From Candidatus Bathyarchaeota archaeon (GTDB lineage: Archaea > Thermoproteota > Bathyarchaeia > 40CM-2-53-6), in the NCBI GenBank assembly GCA_963726255.1, contig CAVSBL010000002.1:1024001-1088000 (forward strand): a DNA stretch of 64,000 nt, written 5' to 3'. Positions 11,027-21,272 of this stretch are shown piece by piece. The first letter of the stretch is position 1; the number at the start of each line of letters is the position of its first letter. Made by a program: the position numbers and the translations under genes. The notes beneath the pieces are model-generated. The model ran no database searches. It was not told the DNA's origin and saw nothing but the letters and a program-made list of their open reading frames with translations.

Positions 11027-11334
11027 TTTCTCTCAACCTTCTTTCGAATCTTCACGTAGGCCGCCCTTATTCCCTTACCGCTTTTCCGGGGGTCACGAAA
11101 GTCAAGGTGGCACATCATTCAGCAGCTATGCGGATGACGCCTGTTTGAAGTTGTAGGTCAATAATCCTGCACAAGAGAGAGATGAGAAATTCTTGCGCGT
11201 TGCTTGGAAAATTCGCAGACACTTATATAGACGCAGTAGAGTACGCCACAGAAATTGCGACGTGTTACAATCATGGTGACTCCGCATTCATCGAAGGATG
11301 CTATAGCTCTTTGAGTTGGCATAGAGATTCACGG

Positions 11335-14187
11335 ATGCTTCTTTTGGCCGCTGTACTTGTTCTGGCAACAATTTCACCGCTAGCCCAGACTGTAGGCGCC
11401 ACATTCTTTTTTGACCCACTGGTCACGCTTCACTGGAAGGCCGACCCTGGCCTCCGTAGCTTCCTGGCCGAGCATTCAACTAAAAGCCAGGAGCAGGTGA
11501 GGGTTCTAATTGTCTTCTCCGATGTGCCGTCATCAAGTCAGATACGGGAGCTCACTGGGTTATCTACGTTGGAAACCTTCACAGGCCATGTGGCAACCAT
11601 TCATCTGCCGCTCAGTCGACTTTCCCAAGTTGCTTCCCTCGACTTTGTCAACCACCTCTCGCATCCAAGGCAATTGAGTGCGCGTTTGGATAGGAGCGTC
11701 CCAGATTTACTCGTAGATACAGTTTGGGACACTGTCCGAGACGCGAGCGGAAACTCAGTGAATGGGACAGGCGTTGTCGTAGGAATCGTAGATACGGGAA
11801 TCGATCTTGCCCATAGAGATTTCTTCTTCGAGAACGGAACGAGTAAGATCCTCTACGTTTGGGACCAATCTGTCTCAGGCAAAACTCCCGAAGGTTTCGA
11901 TTACGGTAACGAGTGCACTCGAATTGATATCGGTGCAGGAAGATGCGGTGAGATCGACGGTGAAACAAATCCCTTATTGGGTGCAGACTCAACGGGACAC
12001 GGAACTGCAGTCGCGGCTGTGGCCGCAAGCTCTGGACAATCAGGTAGGTTCTTTGAAAGCTGTCTCCGATACGATGGAGCGGCGTGGGAAAACGACACAA
12101 GACAGTGCCAAGATTCCAATAGTTCCTTTGCTTTGATGGCTGCTACGTCGGACTACCTTTACTTGGGAAGCCTCTATAGATTTAACCGAGCATTCTTCGA
12201 TATCCAAACCGCCGGTGAGTATGGAAGTGCTTTGTGGGAGTACTCTCAAGGTTCCGGTTCGTGGGGCTCTCTTGAGGTCGAGTCAAACCAGACCTCAGGG
12301 TTTACGCGAAGCGGAACTATCTTCTTCACACCACCTAGCAATTGGAAGACGGACGCACTCGGTGGCAGCGCAAGTCAGTACTGGATTCGCGTGAAGGCTG
12401 CCAACATAGAGCGACCCGCCATTGTCGGTCACGTCCAAATCAGTCCGCCATACAAAGGAGTTGCACCAGGGGCGTTCATTATTGTTGTCAAGCTTAGTGA
12501 CGGAAGTGACGATCGTATCCTGGATGGAATAAACTATGTCGCTAGAAGAGCTAGACAACTAGACCTCCCATTTGTAATTAACGACAGCACAGGAGACAGC
12601 CTCGGATCTCATGACGGGACAGAACCCTTGGAGATTGCATTCACGGACCTAGCCGCTGATGGCATACCAATTGTGGTCGCGGCCGGGAACTCTAGGAATG
12701 CGCACCTACATGTCAGTGGTAAGTTATCGCCAGGCCAGGCCGTGAGTGTGCAGTGGTATGCTGCCGAGACAGGAAACCAGTACGTAGACTTGTGGTACCC
12801 AGTTACAGATGTTATCGGGATTACGGTTAGGTCGCCTGATGGCACTAACGTTTCAGGCCCAACGCCAGATTCCGGGGTCAACACACGAAGTGGAAATGTC
12901 ATAATAACTCCCGACGAGCGCCCAACAGGTAAAGAATGGTGGGTCAACATCACCAGCGCAAATCCTCTTCGTTGGACTTTCACATTGACGGCGATAAGCG
13001 TTGAGGACGGTAAGTGGAATGCCTGGACAGAACCTGGCCAGTTTGCCAATCCGCAGGGGCCCGCTGCTAGTCTCTACAGAATTGACCCATCTGACACAAT
13101 CGACTACCCAGGCAATTCGAGAGGCGCCATAGCAGTGGGGAGCTATGTGACAAGAGACTTGTGGAGGTCTGGATGCGATAGCTGCATTGATTACACAAGC
13201 TCCATTGGCATTCGCGGTATCTGGAAGTTTCATGGCGAGACATCTGTAGTGGTGGGGAACGTAACTTTCGACTCGGGAATGGGCCCCACAAGAGACGGCA
13301 GAATGAAGCCAGAGATTACTGCACCAGGTGCGAACATAATCGCTGCAAGAGCTTTCAACCGACCGCAGTTATTCTCGGACCCCGACAATTACCACCAAGT
13401 GTGGCGCGGAACGAGTTTCTCGGCGGCGCATCTTACGGGTGTCATAGCCCTAATGCTTCAAATGAACCATTACCTCAGCCCGAATGAAATCAAGACCATT
13501 CTAGCCGAGACTGGAAGAGAGGACCGATTCACTGGCCCAATAGACAAGGAGATTGGCTCACCGCTGTGGGGTTGGGGAAAAGCGAATGCGTTAAACTCAA
13601 CCCTTGACGCCATGGAGCTTTACGCGGTCGGGGTGGAAATCGATTCGGTAGGGTTACCCTTGGCGACGAACCTGACGCGCGACGGAGAAAAGGTCGCAAC
13701 CGTTACACTTAACCAAACACGGACCGTTGTTCTTGAGTTTCAACGTGGCGGAAACCACACAGTATCACTATCCCCCTATCTTACGGCGCAACCAGGAACC
13801 CGTTACGTGTTGGAGGAGCTCCCGTGGACTTTCTCCTCTGGTGGGGTGAGGAGGTTCCACTACAAACTGCAATTCTACTTGCAGGTAACATCCGAGTATG
13901 GCTATGCAACAGGCACCGGCTGGTACGATGCAAATTCAACGGCCGTAGCGAGTGTGATACCCAAAGTAATACAGGGGCATGAATTTCACGGATGGATAGG
14001 TTCGGTAAGTTCAGGCTCGGAAGCGGTTGAGGTGAAAATGGATTCAAGCAAAGTCTTGATCGCAACGTGGGGGCCAGCATCTGTGCAATCCATGGCGAAC
14101 ATATTGGGGTTAGCCATGGCGATCGCCATTTCGGTTGTGATCGCCCTTCTTGTTCGATATAGATACCTAAAACGAACTTCTAGGTGA
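11335..14187 (+). CDS. Membrane-anchored S8 (subtilisin/CspA-like) serine peptidase
   Basis: Catalytic triad IVDTGID, TGHGTAVA, GTSFSAAH; AAGN oxyanion motif; KPEITAPG; WGWGK; C-terminal TM. Start uncertain (ORF is open from 11182). Confidence 0.9.
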   Translation: MLLLAAVLVLATISPLAQTVGATFFFDPLVTLHWKADPGLRSFLAEHSTKSQEQVRVLIVFSDVPSSSQIRELTGLSTLETFTGHVATIHLPLSRLSQVASLDFVNHLSHPRQLSARLDRSVPDLLVDTVWDTVRDASGNSVNGTGVVVGIVDTGIDLAHRDFFFENGTSKILYVWDQSVSGKTPEGFDYGNECTRIDIGAGRCGEIDGETNPLLGADSTGHGTAVAAVAASSGQSGRFFESCLRYDGAAWENDTRQCQDSNSSFALMAATSDYLYLGSLYRFNRAFFDIQTAGEYGSALWEYSQGSGSWGSLEVESNQTSGFTRSGTIFFTPPSNWKTDALGGSASQYWIRVKAANIERPAIVGHVQISPPYKGVAPGAFIIVVKLSDGSDDRILDGINYVARRARQLDLPFVINDSTGDSLGSHDGTEPLEIAFTDLAADGIPIVVAAGNSRNAHLHVSGKLSPGQAVSVQWYAAETGNQYVDLWYPVTDVIGITVRSPDGTNVSGPTPDSGVNTRSGNVIITPDERPTGKEWWVNITSANPLRWTFTLTAISVEDGKWNAWTEPGQFANPQGPAASLYRIDPSDTIDYPGNSRGAIAVGSYVTRDLWRSGCDSCIDYTSSIGIRGIWKFHGETSVVVGNVTFDSGMGPTRDGRMKPEITAPGANIIAARAFNRPQLFSDPDNYHQVWRGTSFSAAHLTGVIALMLQMNHYLSPNEIKTILAETGREDRFTGPIDKEIGSPLWGWGKANALNSTLDAMELYAVGVEIDSVGLPLATNLTRDGEKVATVTLNQTRTVVLEFQRGGNHTVSLSPYLTAQPGTRYVLEELPWTFSSGGVRRFHYKLQFYLQVTSEYGYATGTGWYDANSTAVASVIPKVIQGHEFHGWIGSVSSGSEAVEVKMDSSKVLIATWGPASVQSMANILGLAMAIAISVVIALLVRYRYLKRTSR

Positions 14188-14190
14188 TGG

Positions 14191-14757
14191 TTAGCTATCT
14201 GTCCGGCGGTTTCCCGAGACCTCTTCCACTCCCTTGCGCAGCTTTACGGCAACTCCCCTCTTGAAATGCATCATGTCATGGCCACTCAGGACAGCCCTTC
14301 CGACGCCCACTAAGCCTCCACGCTCGTCAGTGACAATAGCCTCTTCCGCTGGTCTAAGGTTGGAATCAGCTTGCACAACATGTTTTGCGAAAACATCTCC
14401 CCCGCCCCGAACAACGTCGGCCACGTCAGCTTGGATCATTACGAGGTTTGGGGGATTTTTAACTCTCGATAGGAGGAGACTTGCGCCATCAGGTGTCAGT
14501 GCCAAATAGCCGTCCCTTGGCCGCAACGTCGCGATTAGACGGTTGTCTCTGTAGATATACCGAATTCTTCCAGTTCGCCTCGAGCATTCGACGAGGACCC
14601 GCTTATTGAAAAGCGCCGGACCTACTCCCGCTCCGAATTGGTAATTCGCTACGCCCACCAATTTGCGAAGTTGAGCTAGAGTCGGACGGTCCATTTCCAT
14701 CAAGTACTCAATACTCGAACAAGCCAATTTAAATTTCCAGTTCGCCAAGAACTGCAT
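14191..14757 (-). CDS. PUA-domain protein (archaeosine TGT C-terminal-like)
   Basis: ANYQFG, LIATLRPRDG, DVFAKHV, GVAVKLR. Confidence 0.85.
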   Translation of the reverse strand: MQFLANWKFKLACSSIEYLMEMDRPTLAQLRKLVGVANYQFGAGVGPALFNKRVLVECSRRTGRIRYIYRDNRLIATLRPRDGYLALTPDGASLLLSRVKNPPNLVMIQADVADVVRGGGDVFAKHVVQADSNLRPAEEAIVTDERGGLVGVGRAVLSGHDMMHFKRGVAVKLRKGVEEVSGNRRTDS

Positions 14758-14771
14758 AGGGTGCGGGGCTC

Positions 14772-15284
14772 TTGAACTGCGATATTTGCGGGAGAGAGAT
14801 TATGGGCCCAGCTTTCAGGGTACGCGTTGAAGGAGCAAAGATGCTCGTTTGCGGTACGTGCCAACATCTAGGCAAACCGTACCATGATGAAACACCGGCT
14901 CCAATTCGACAACGCGTGCCTGGTGCACTCCGAATGCCTAAGGCCACTCACCAAAGGGCCCCCGAATTGCCTAGAGGAATGGAAGAGTCGGAGGTTGCTG
15001 ACGATTACTCGACGCTCGTTCGCCGCCATCGCATGAAGATGGGATTGTCCCAAGAGGAACTTGCCAAGCGAGTGAAGGAGAAGCTGTCCGTTATCCAGAA
15101 GATAGAGACAGGGAAAATGGCCCCTGACACAAAGTTGTGCAGAGAGTTGGAGCATGAGTTGAGAATTAAGTTACTTGTTCCACGCCAGGAGACAGCTGTT
15201 CCGAAGATGGCCGCTCCTGCGGAGGTGACTCTAGGCGATATCATTAGGATTAAGGGCAAACTGAAGCCTAGTGATGGCGCTTAG
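14772..15284 (+). CDS. mbf1: Archaeal multiprotein bridging factor 1
   Basis: CDICG...VCGTC zinc ribbon, HTH LSQEELA...IQKIETG, C-terminal TLGD. Confidence 0.92.
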   Translation: MNCDICGREIMGPAFRVRVEGAKMLVCGTCQHLGKPYHDETPAPIRQRVPGALRMPKATHQRAPELPRGMEESEVADDYSTLVRRHRMKMGLSQEELAKRVKEKLSVIQKIETGKMAPDTKLCRELEHELRIKLLVPRQETAVPKMAAPAEVTLGDIIRIKGKLKPSDGA

Positions 15285-15835
15285 TTCCTTACAACATTCT
15301 TTCCGTGGGCAGTGGGGACGATTTGAATTCTTGCGTTTTGGTAGGTTCCCTCAAGGCGAGTGTGCTTAAACAACCAGTCCAGGAATATGCCTAGGGCGCT
15401 TACCTCGCTGATGGGTTGATTGGTTACGGCGACATTCCAGTCTGCCAAGCCATAGATCTCGCCAGGAACCTTCTCAGCTCCGACTATGACCAGTTTATCA
15501 GCGTCAGAACGCCTTATGCTAGCCACAACCTTGGGCAAGGGCAGCCCGTATGCGGTTAAATGTATGATTTTCCCGCCGCCTCGCTTCCATTCATTCACGG
15601 TTGAGCGCCAGGGCTTCCCGGCCTCGATTGTGAAGTTACCCCCGAATTCTTGGACGACCCGGTTTACTCTTTCGACGAGCTCCCGGTCCTGTACATCGGC
15701 GATGTACACGCCATCCGCACCTAAGGCGCGAGCGGTCAAACACACGTGAGTCGTTACGCGGCTGTCTCTAGGGATTCTATGGCCTATTCGGAGAACGACC
15801 ACTCGAGATTTGCGCCGTGACCTCTTCATTGCCAT
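15281..15835 (-). CDS. trm56: tRNA (cytidine-56-2'-O)-methyltransferase
   Basis: LRIGHR..RDSRVTTHV.LTARALGA, HLTAYG, VGAEKVP, NQPISEV. Confidence 0.93.
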   Translation of the reverse strand: MAMKRSRRKSRVVVLRIGHRIPRDSRVTTHVCLTARALGADGVYIADVQDRELVERVNRVVQEFGGNFTIEAGKPWRSTVNEWKRGGGKIIHLTAYGLPLPKVVASIRRSDADKLVIVGAEKVPGEIYGLADWNVAVTNQPISEVSALGIFLDWLFKHTRLEGTYQNARIQIVPTAHGKNVVRN

Positions 15836-15846
15836 TTCGACCCGGC

Positions 15847-16035
15847 TTACCGAGTCTTAACGATCAGGTATATCCCAGCTAGGAAGATTATCGATCCGAG
15901 CACTTCGATTATGCCCACCTTGAAGTAAAGTGCCGCTGGGGTCCCGCCCTGCGTGACGGATGTCGAGCCCGCTATATCCATCATCGAGCCTACGAAGAAC
16001 AGGATAAAACCCAAAGTTGCTACCGTTTCCTTCAT
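15847..16035 (-). CDS. Small two-TM membrane protein
   Basis: 62 aa ORF with two hydrophobic helices, co-oriented with trm56. Confidence 0.6.
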   Translation of the reverse strand: MKETVATLGFILFFVGSMMDIAGSTSVTQGGTPAALYFKVGIIEVLGSIIFLAGIYLIVKTR

Positions 16036-16164
16036 CTTCGATGGCCCGCGAACGCTAAAACTAAGTTCGTATAAAAAGTTGCCCGCCTCCGAGGAGGCTC
16101 ACAACAAAGAGTTAATGCGAAGTAAAACGGTAGAATCATAGACGTTCACCCGGCGGTCAGCACA

Positions 16165-16689
16165 TTGTCGATCTTGGACGAGGAACTCATAAAGGTGGCG
16201 AACCTCTTCGGGGGGGAAGAAGCCGTCACAGTTGTTAACAGCCTAAAAGCAATCAGCGAGGGAACTGACGAAACAATAACAAACGACTGCAAGACCCGTT
16301 TCAATAAGGAAGTCAGGCTTAACACGGTTAGAAAGATTCTCTACAAGCTCTACGACCACGGCCTAGTTTCATGCACTCGCGTCAGAGACGATAAGACGGG
16401 ATGGTTCATATTCTATTGGAGATTGCAGCCTGACCAATTAGACGCATTCATCCGAAGCCGGAAGAGACGGGCGATGGATAAATTGAAACAAAGGCTTGAC
16501 TTCGAACGAAACCACACCTTCTTCATATGCAAGACGGATGCCGACGTCCGAGTTACCTTCGAAGAGGCGATGGAAACCTCCTTCAAGTGCAGTAAATGTG
16601 GGAATCAGTTGGAAAGCTCTGAGAATGCGGACATGATAACCGTCCTAGAGTCCAAGATCGAAAGGCTGGAGGCCGAACTCAGCAGATAA
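16165..16689 (+). CDS. tfe: Transcription factor E (TFIIE-alpha homologue)
   Basis: LNTVRKILYKLY, RDDKTGWFIFYW, FEEAMETSFKCSKCG. Confidence 0.95.
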   Translation: MSILDEELIKVANLFGGEEAVTVVNSLKAISEGTDETITNDCKTRFNKEVRLNTVRKILYKLYDHGLVSCTRVRDDKTGWFIFYWRLQPDQLDAFIRSRKRRAMDKLKQRLDFERNHTFFICKTDADVRVTFEEAMETSFKCSKCGNQLESSENADMITVLESKIERLEAELSR

Positions 16690-16704
16690 GAAACGCTGAG
16701 CCAA

Positions 16705-17472
16705 ATGAAGATTACAATACTCCAAAGACCAGGCCACCACACATCGAGAGACTTCAGTTCGAGCCTGGAGAGCACACTCCACTCTCTGAAAGGCGACTTA
16801 GGCGCGTCGTTCAAACTTGATGGATTCTCACAGAAGGGCTGGGCAAGAATAGACATCCAAGGCGAAGACTCCGAAATTGCCAAACAACTTTTGATCCGTG
16901 ACCTAGGCCAGGCCCAAACTGACCTATTGGACGTAGAAGCGCAAGGAGTTTACGAAGGCATCATTAGCAGCGGGCTTAACGATAACTTGGAAGTGGACAT
17001 TGGAATAGAATCACCGACAGCAGTAAACGTCAAAATCGGACTCGAGGCCTTGCGCGCTCAACTGGCGGATGGAAAACCCCTACGAATCAACGAAATCATT
17101 CGTGAATATTGCCTCATACCTGGCAGTCGGGCAGCGGTTCGGATAACGCGGCTTGAACAAGGAAAACATTCCGTTGGGGGCTGGCTTGCAGACTCCCAAA
17201 TTGAACGCCTCGCAGGCTGGATAGGAACACGCTTAGACCGCATCCAAATCTCCGACTCCTATCGGCGCGAAGTCGAGTATGCGATAAGAAAAGCGAACCT
17301 TGAGAGGGACATCGTGTCCGTAGAACCTATCACGTTGACTGCGCAATCCGTTGTATGCAAGCTCGGTACCGACGCAGTCGGCCTGATTCCGAAACTCGGT
17401 TCAGTACTCAGGGAACGCGAATTGAACCCCTTCATTCCGAAACGGATCATAACCCGATGCCGCCCATGGTAA
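16705..17472 (+). CDS. DUF2110-family archaeal protein
   Basis: Conserved position after tfe; GEDSE, CKLGTDAVGLIPKLG. Confidence 0.8.
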   Translation: MKITILQRPGHHTSRDFSSSLESTLHSLKGDLGASFKLDGFSQKGWARIDIQGEDSEIAKQLLIRDLGQAQTDLLDVEAQGVYEGIISSGLNDNLEVDIGIESPTAVNVKIGLEALRAQLADGKPLRINEIIREYCLIPGSRAAVRITRLEQGKHSVGGWLADSQIERLAGWIGTRLDRIQISDSYRREVEYAIRKANLERDIVSVEPITLTAQSVVCKLGTDAVGLIPKLGSVLRERELNPFIPKRIITRCRPW

Positions 17473-17478
17473 GCGAAG

Positions 17479-18267
17479 ATGAGTTCAGAAGTTTGGCGGC
17501 TGCTGGATTGCAGCCATGATTCGGTGTTCGAGAACCTTGCTATCGAAGAAGCACTGGCTCGGAGTGCGGGCTCGAAGAACTTCAGACCGACAATCCGCCT
17601 CTGGGTCAATCCCCAGAGCGTGATTCTCGGACGTTTTCAAAATCCTTCAGCCGAAGTCAACACGTTGCTCTGTCAACAAAATGGCATTCCGCTCGCAAGA
17701 CGTTTTACAGGTGGAGGTGCAGTGTTCCATGACGAAGGAAACCTTAACTTCACACTCGTTGCCCAACCTGAAATTGGAACTAGCCTGACTAAACTTAACG
17801 AAACTTCTTCCGCCATCATTCTCGAAGCCCTTCGCGGCCTAGGTTTGAAGGGGAGCCTTCTCCCGCCAAATTCAATCGTAGTTGGGGAGAAGAAGGTGTC
17901 GGGGGCTGCTGGAGCGTTGGGCAAAGGATTTGCGCTTTGGCATAGCTCAATCTTAGTTTCCACGAACATCAGCCTCCTAGAATTGGTTCTCGCGCCGAGC
18001 AGGGAAACTAACGAAACACGCTACGTGCACAGTCGATGGCATGCCGTAACCAATCTTCAGAACGCCTCAGGCCACTCGGTGAGGGTCAACGACGTCAAGT
18101 CCGAGCTCATCAAATCTGCACAAAAGATTCTACGTGTCAACCTTCGGGCAGATCGGCTACGCGAGGACGAAGAAAGACTGTTTAGAAGTTTATACACTCG
18201 GAAATATTCCTTGCCCGACTGGAACCAGAACGGTAAGTACAGAGAAATTCGAGAAGGGCCAGAGTGA
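17479..18267 (+). CDS. lplA: Lipoate-protein ligase A family
   Basis: NLAIEEA, RRFTGGGAVFHDEGNLN, KKVSG. Confidence 0.9.
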   Translation: MSSEVWRLLDCSHDSVFENLAIEEALARSAGSKNFRPTIRLWVNPQSVILGRFQNPSAEVNTLLCQQNGIPLARRFTGGGAVFHDEGNLNFTLVAQPEIGTSLTKLNETSSAIILEALRGLGLKGSLLPPNSIVVGEKKVSGAAGALGKGFALWHSSILVSTNISLLELVLAPSRETNETRYVHSRWHAVTNLQNASGHSVRVNDVKSELIKSAQKILRVNLRADRLREDEERLFRSLYTRKYSLPDWNQNGKYREIREGPE

Positions 18268-18268
18268 T

Positions 18269-18508
18269 TTACACAACTATCGCTGTGTGAGTGCGTTCAA
18301 CGCCCTTCACGGATTGGACCTTTCTTATCACCAGTTCAGACAGGGTCGTCATATCTTTCATTTCCAAGTATGCGATGACATCGTAAAGGCCGGTCACCGC
18401 GTGAACCATTTTCACACCACGAACCTTCGCGATTGCTCTTGCCACTGACCGTGAACGTCCTAGCTCTGCCTGAACCAATACGAATGCCTTCACAACCATG
18501 GAAAACAC
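18269..18508 (-). CDS. Lrp/AsnC ligand-binding domain-only protein
   Basis: KAFVLV...AVTGLYDVI...GVERTHTAIV. Confidence 0.88.
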   Translation of the reverse strand: MFSMVVKAFVLVQAELGRSRSVARAIAKVRGVKMVHAVTGLYDVIAYLEMKDMTTLSELVIRKVQSVKGVERTHTAIVV

Positions 18509-18628
18509 AACTCCGAGCAGGTGCTAAGGCCTACTTAAAAGGAATTGAGGGCGTCGCTACGCGTACTACAGTTCGAACAAGGGATTGAATCTCAGTAAAC
18601 CCCAAATAGGGACGGCCCGTTTTGCTAA

Positions 18629-19772
18629 GTGATTGGAATGCGAGAAGGTTACTTACCTAAGTTCGCGGTTGCAGTTCTTATTTTGGCCGCTGTCGCAATC
18701 ATATTGTCGGGGCAGGCTGGTCACGTGGCAGCTACTACGAGTAGTACGCCGCAAAACTACTGCAATAGTTACGGTTACTACGATACGAGCTACTATTACT
18801 GGTACCCGTATTCTTACTACTACAGCTACGGCTACCCCTATGATTGCTATTACAACAACTACGGTTACTACTACGGTTACCCGTACTATTACTACGGATA
18901 CTCTTACTATAACCAGCCCTCGAATTATCAATTAACCGTCGCGACTGACCCAGCGAACATTGCGACTGTAACTGGCGGCGGAACGTTCTCCCAAGGAAGC
19001 TCCGCATCATTCTCAGTGACGCAGACTATTGTGCAATCCTCCTCGAATACTCGGTACGTTTTCTCCCATTGGAGTGGAGACTATTCAGGCGTCGGAAGCA
19101 GCGGCACAATAACCATGAATGGGGCGAGGAAAGTTACCGCAGTTTACCAATTGCAATATTATCTGAACGTAAACGCGCAACAGAACGCGCCGGTACCCGA
19201 AGGCACTGGATGGTACAATGCAGGCGACACGGCCACGTTGACGAGCGGAAGCCAGATGATCGGCGATAGCTCGAGCAGACTCGTCTTCCAAGGCTGGAGC
19301 GTTGACGGCGGGAGCACCCAGAGCGGGTCCTCCTTCTCGGTGAAAATGGACGCACCCCACAGCGTGTCCACCCAATACAAGCAGCAGTATTACCTCCAAG
19401 TTCTAACCGACCAAGGTGCCCCCTACGGGGCCGGATGGTATGACGCTGGCAGCACAGCCCAGATCTATGTATCGACCCCCGTCAGCACATCATACGGCGT
19501 CAGCATCATCTTCAACGGCTGGCAGGGTGATATCCAATCCAACAGCCAATCGACAACCGTACAAATGGACAAGCCCAAAACCGCCATCGCGCTCTTGGCG
19601 CACCGATTCCACGGTCCTCTACCTAACAATCGCCATAGGAGTAATCGCGGTTCTCGTCGCTGCGGCAATCATCGCATTTTCCGCGGCCGCGCGAAAACGC
19701 AACTCATCTCATCCAGCACCATCGAGGCCTACATCCACCTCAGAGAACCATACCAGGAAAAAAGCCGATTAA
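18629..19772 (+). CDS. Surface protein: signal peptide, Tyr-rich tract, repeated beta-domains (QYYL.V...G.GWY), C-terminal TM anchor; 1-bp frameshift near 19590
   Basis: ORF 18629 reads to PKTAIA; ORF 19416..19772 continues SWRTDSTVLYLTIAIGVIAVLVAAAIIAF followed by a basic tail. Confidence 0.8.
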
Positions 19773-19861
19773 CGGCGCAAAATAGAACGCGCACTGTTCG
19801 GTTCGCACTGCAAGCTCTAATACCTCTTCGTTTCTTGCACGGCCGTTGAGAGGCCTTAGGT

Positions 19862-21016
19862 TTGAATGTGCCAGAGGTAAGACAACAAATCCCCCTTCTC
19901 ACCAACAACGTCTACCTCGACAACGCGGGAGCAGGCCCGCCACCGGTCAGCGTGCACGCCGCAATGCAATCATTTCTGGCCGAATGGAGGGACTACGGCG
20001 AGAAATGGGAAGCCTGGCTCCTGGAAATCGTAAGGGCACGCGAACTGTTCGCCAGCCTCATCAATGCCACTTTGGACGAGGTTGCTTGCGTTCCGAATGT
20101 TTCATCCGGCTTAGCAGCCATCGGAAACGCCCTCCCCTTACAGCGAGGCCAGAACATAGTTGTCAGCGAACTGAACTTTCCCACAAATGTCTACATCTGG
20201 CACGCCATGAAGCGAAAAGGCCTGCTTTCTGAAGTTAGGGTCCTAAAAGCAGAGAACGGGCAAATTCCGATATCGGAATTCGAGAGGGCAATCGATGACC
20301 AAACTGTAGCGGTTTCGCTCGATTATGTTTCATGGATAAACGGTTGCAGAGAGGATGTGCGGGCCATCACCCAGATTGCTCACTCCCACGGTGCACTAAT
20401 GCTAGTCGACGCGTTTCATGCTATCGGCGTTATTCCCGTAGACGCCCGGAAGCTTGGCGTTGATGTGTTGGCCTGCGGGACGTACAAGTGGTTGATGGGC
20501 CCACATGGGACCGCATTTCTCTACGTAAGCCGCGAAGCTTTAGATCAGCTTGACCCTGGAATTGTGGGATGGCACGGCATCTCCGACTCGGTCGTCGCTA
20601 GGGTTCGTTCCAAACAGGAAACCTTCGGACGACCCTTTGACCTTGCTGGCGTTGCACCAGCGAAGGATGCAACGCGGTTTGAATGGGGAACATGGTCAGT
20701 CATCAGCGTCGTTGGCGCAAGGGCCGCGTTAGAATTCACCCTGAAATATGCCCCGGAGGAACGCGAGCCTCTGGTTGAACGGCTAAACGAGCGACTTGTC
20801 GACGGCTTGAGGAGGATAGGAAAGCGAATCACGTCCCCGCTGGAGAAAGGGCGCCGGAGCGGGATCGTCACATTCCAAGTCGATGATGCGGCACAGGTTT
20901 CGAGGAACCTTCAGCAAGCGCACGTGGTGGTCGCACCCAGAGTGAACACGTTACGGGTTTCACCGCACTTTTACAACACAAACAACGAGATAGACACGCT
21001 GCTCGAGAAGCTTTGA
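19862..21016 (+). CDS. Class V PLP-dependent aminotransferase / cysteine desulfurase-like protein
   Basis: YLDNAG, LVDAFH, GTYKWLMGPHG, LRVSPHFYN. Confidence 0.9.
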   Translation: MNVPEVRQQIPLLTNNVYLDNAGAGPPPVSVHAAMQSFLAEWRDYGEKWEAWLLEIVRARELFASLINATLDEVACVPNVSSGLAAIGNALPLQRGQNIVVSELNFPTNVYIWHAMKRKGLLSEVRVLKAENGQIPISEFERAIDDQTVAVSLDYVSWINGCREDVRAITQIAHSHGALMLVDAFHAIGVIPVDARKLGVDVLACGTYKWLMGPHGTAFLYVSREALDQLDPGIVGWHGISDSVVARVRSKQETFGRPFDLAGVAPAKDATRFEWGTWSVISVVGARAALEFTLKYAPEEREPLVERLNERLVDGLRRIGKRITSPLEKGRRSGIVTFQVDDAAQVSRNLQQAHVVVAPRVNTLRVSPHFYNTNNEIDTLLEKL

Positions 21017-21031
21017 CGCGAAGGAAACGAA

Positions 21032-21226
21032 CTAGTTACCTTTGACACGGGTCATGAATTTCTCAGGAACGCCTGGCCGGTGCCTCTCACAATAATACTC
21101 GACCTTGCCAAACATTTCGACCTCCCAGTCAGCTTCCCTGCCGCATAACGGTAGGTTGCATGCTGGCTTGGTTTCCGAATTCTGTGCCATGGTTGTGCTC
21201 AAAGCCCGTTCGGAACCCTGAAACAC
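21032..21226 (-). CDS. Small putative zinc-binding protein
   Basis: CNLPLC...YYCERH; likely start about 21190. Confidence 0.5.
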   Translation of the reverse strand: MFQGSERALSTTMAQNSETKPACNLPLCGREADWEVEMFGKVEYYCERHRPGVPEKFMTRVKGN

Positions 21227-21272
21227 GAGGTTTTTCTAAGCTCTTTCGGTTCCCCGTATTCCGAGTGCACGA

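Noticed and set aside
18633-19010. Thr-rich and Val-rich alternative ORFs
   Set aside because: Shadow frames of the TAC/TAT-rich tyrosine tract.
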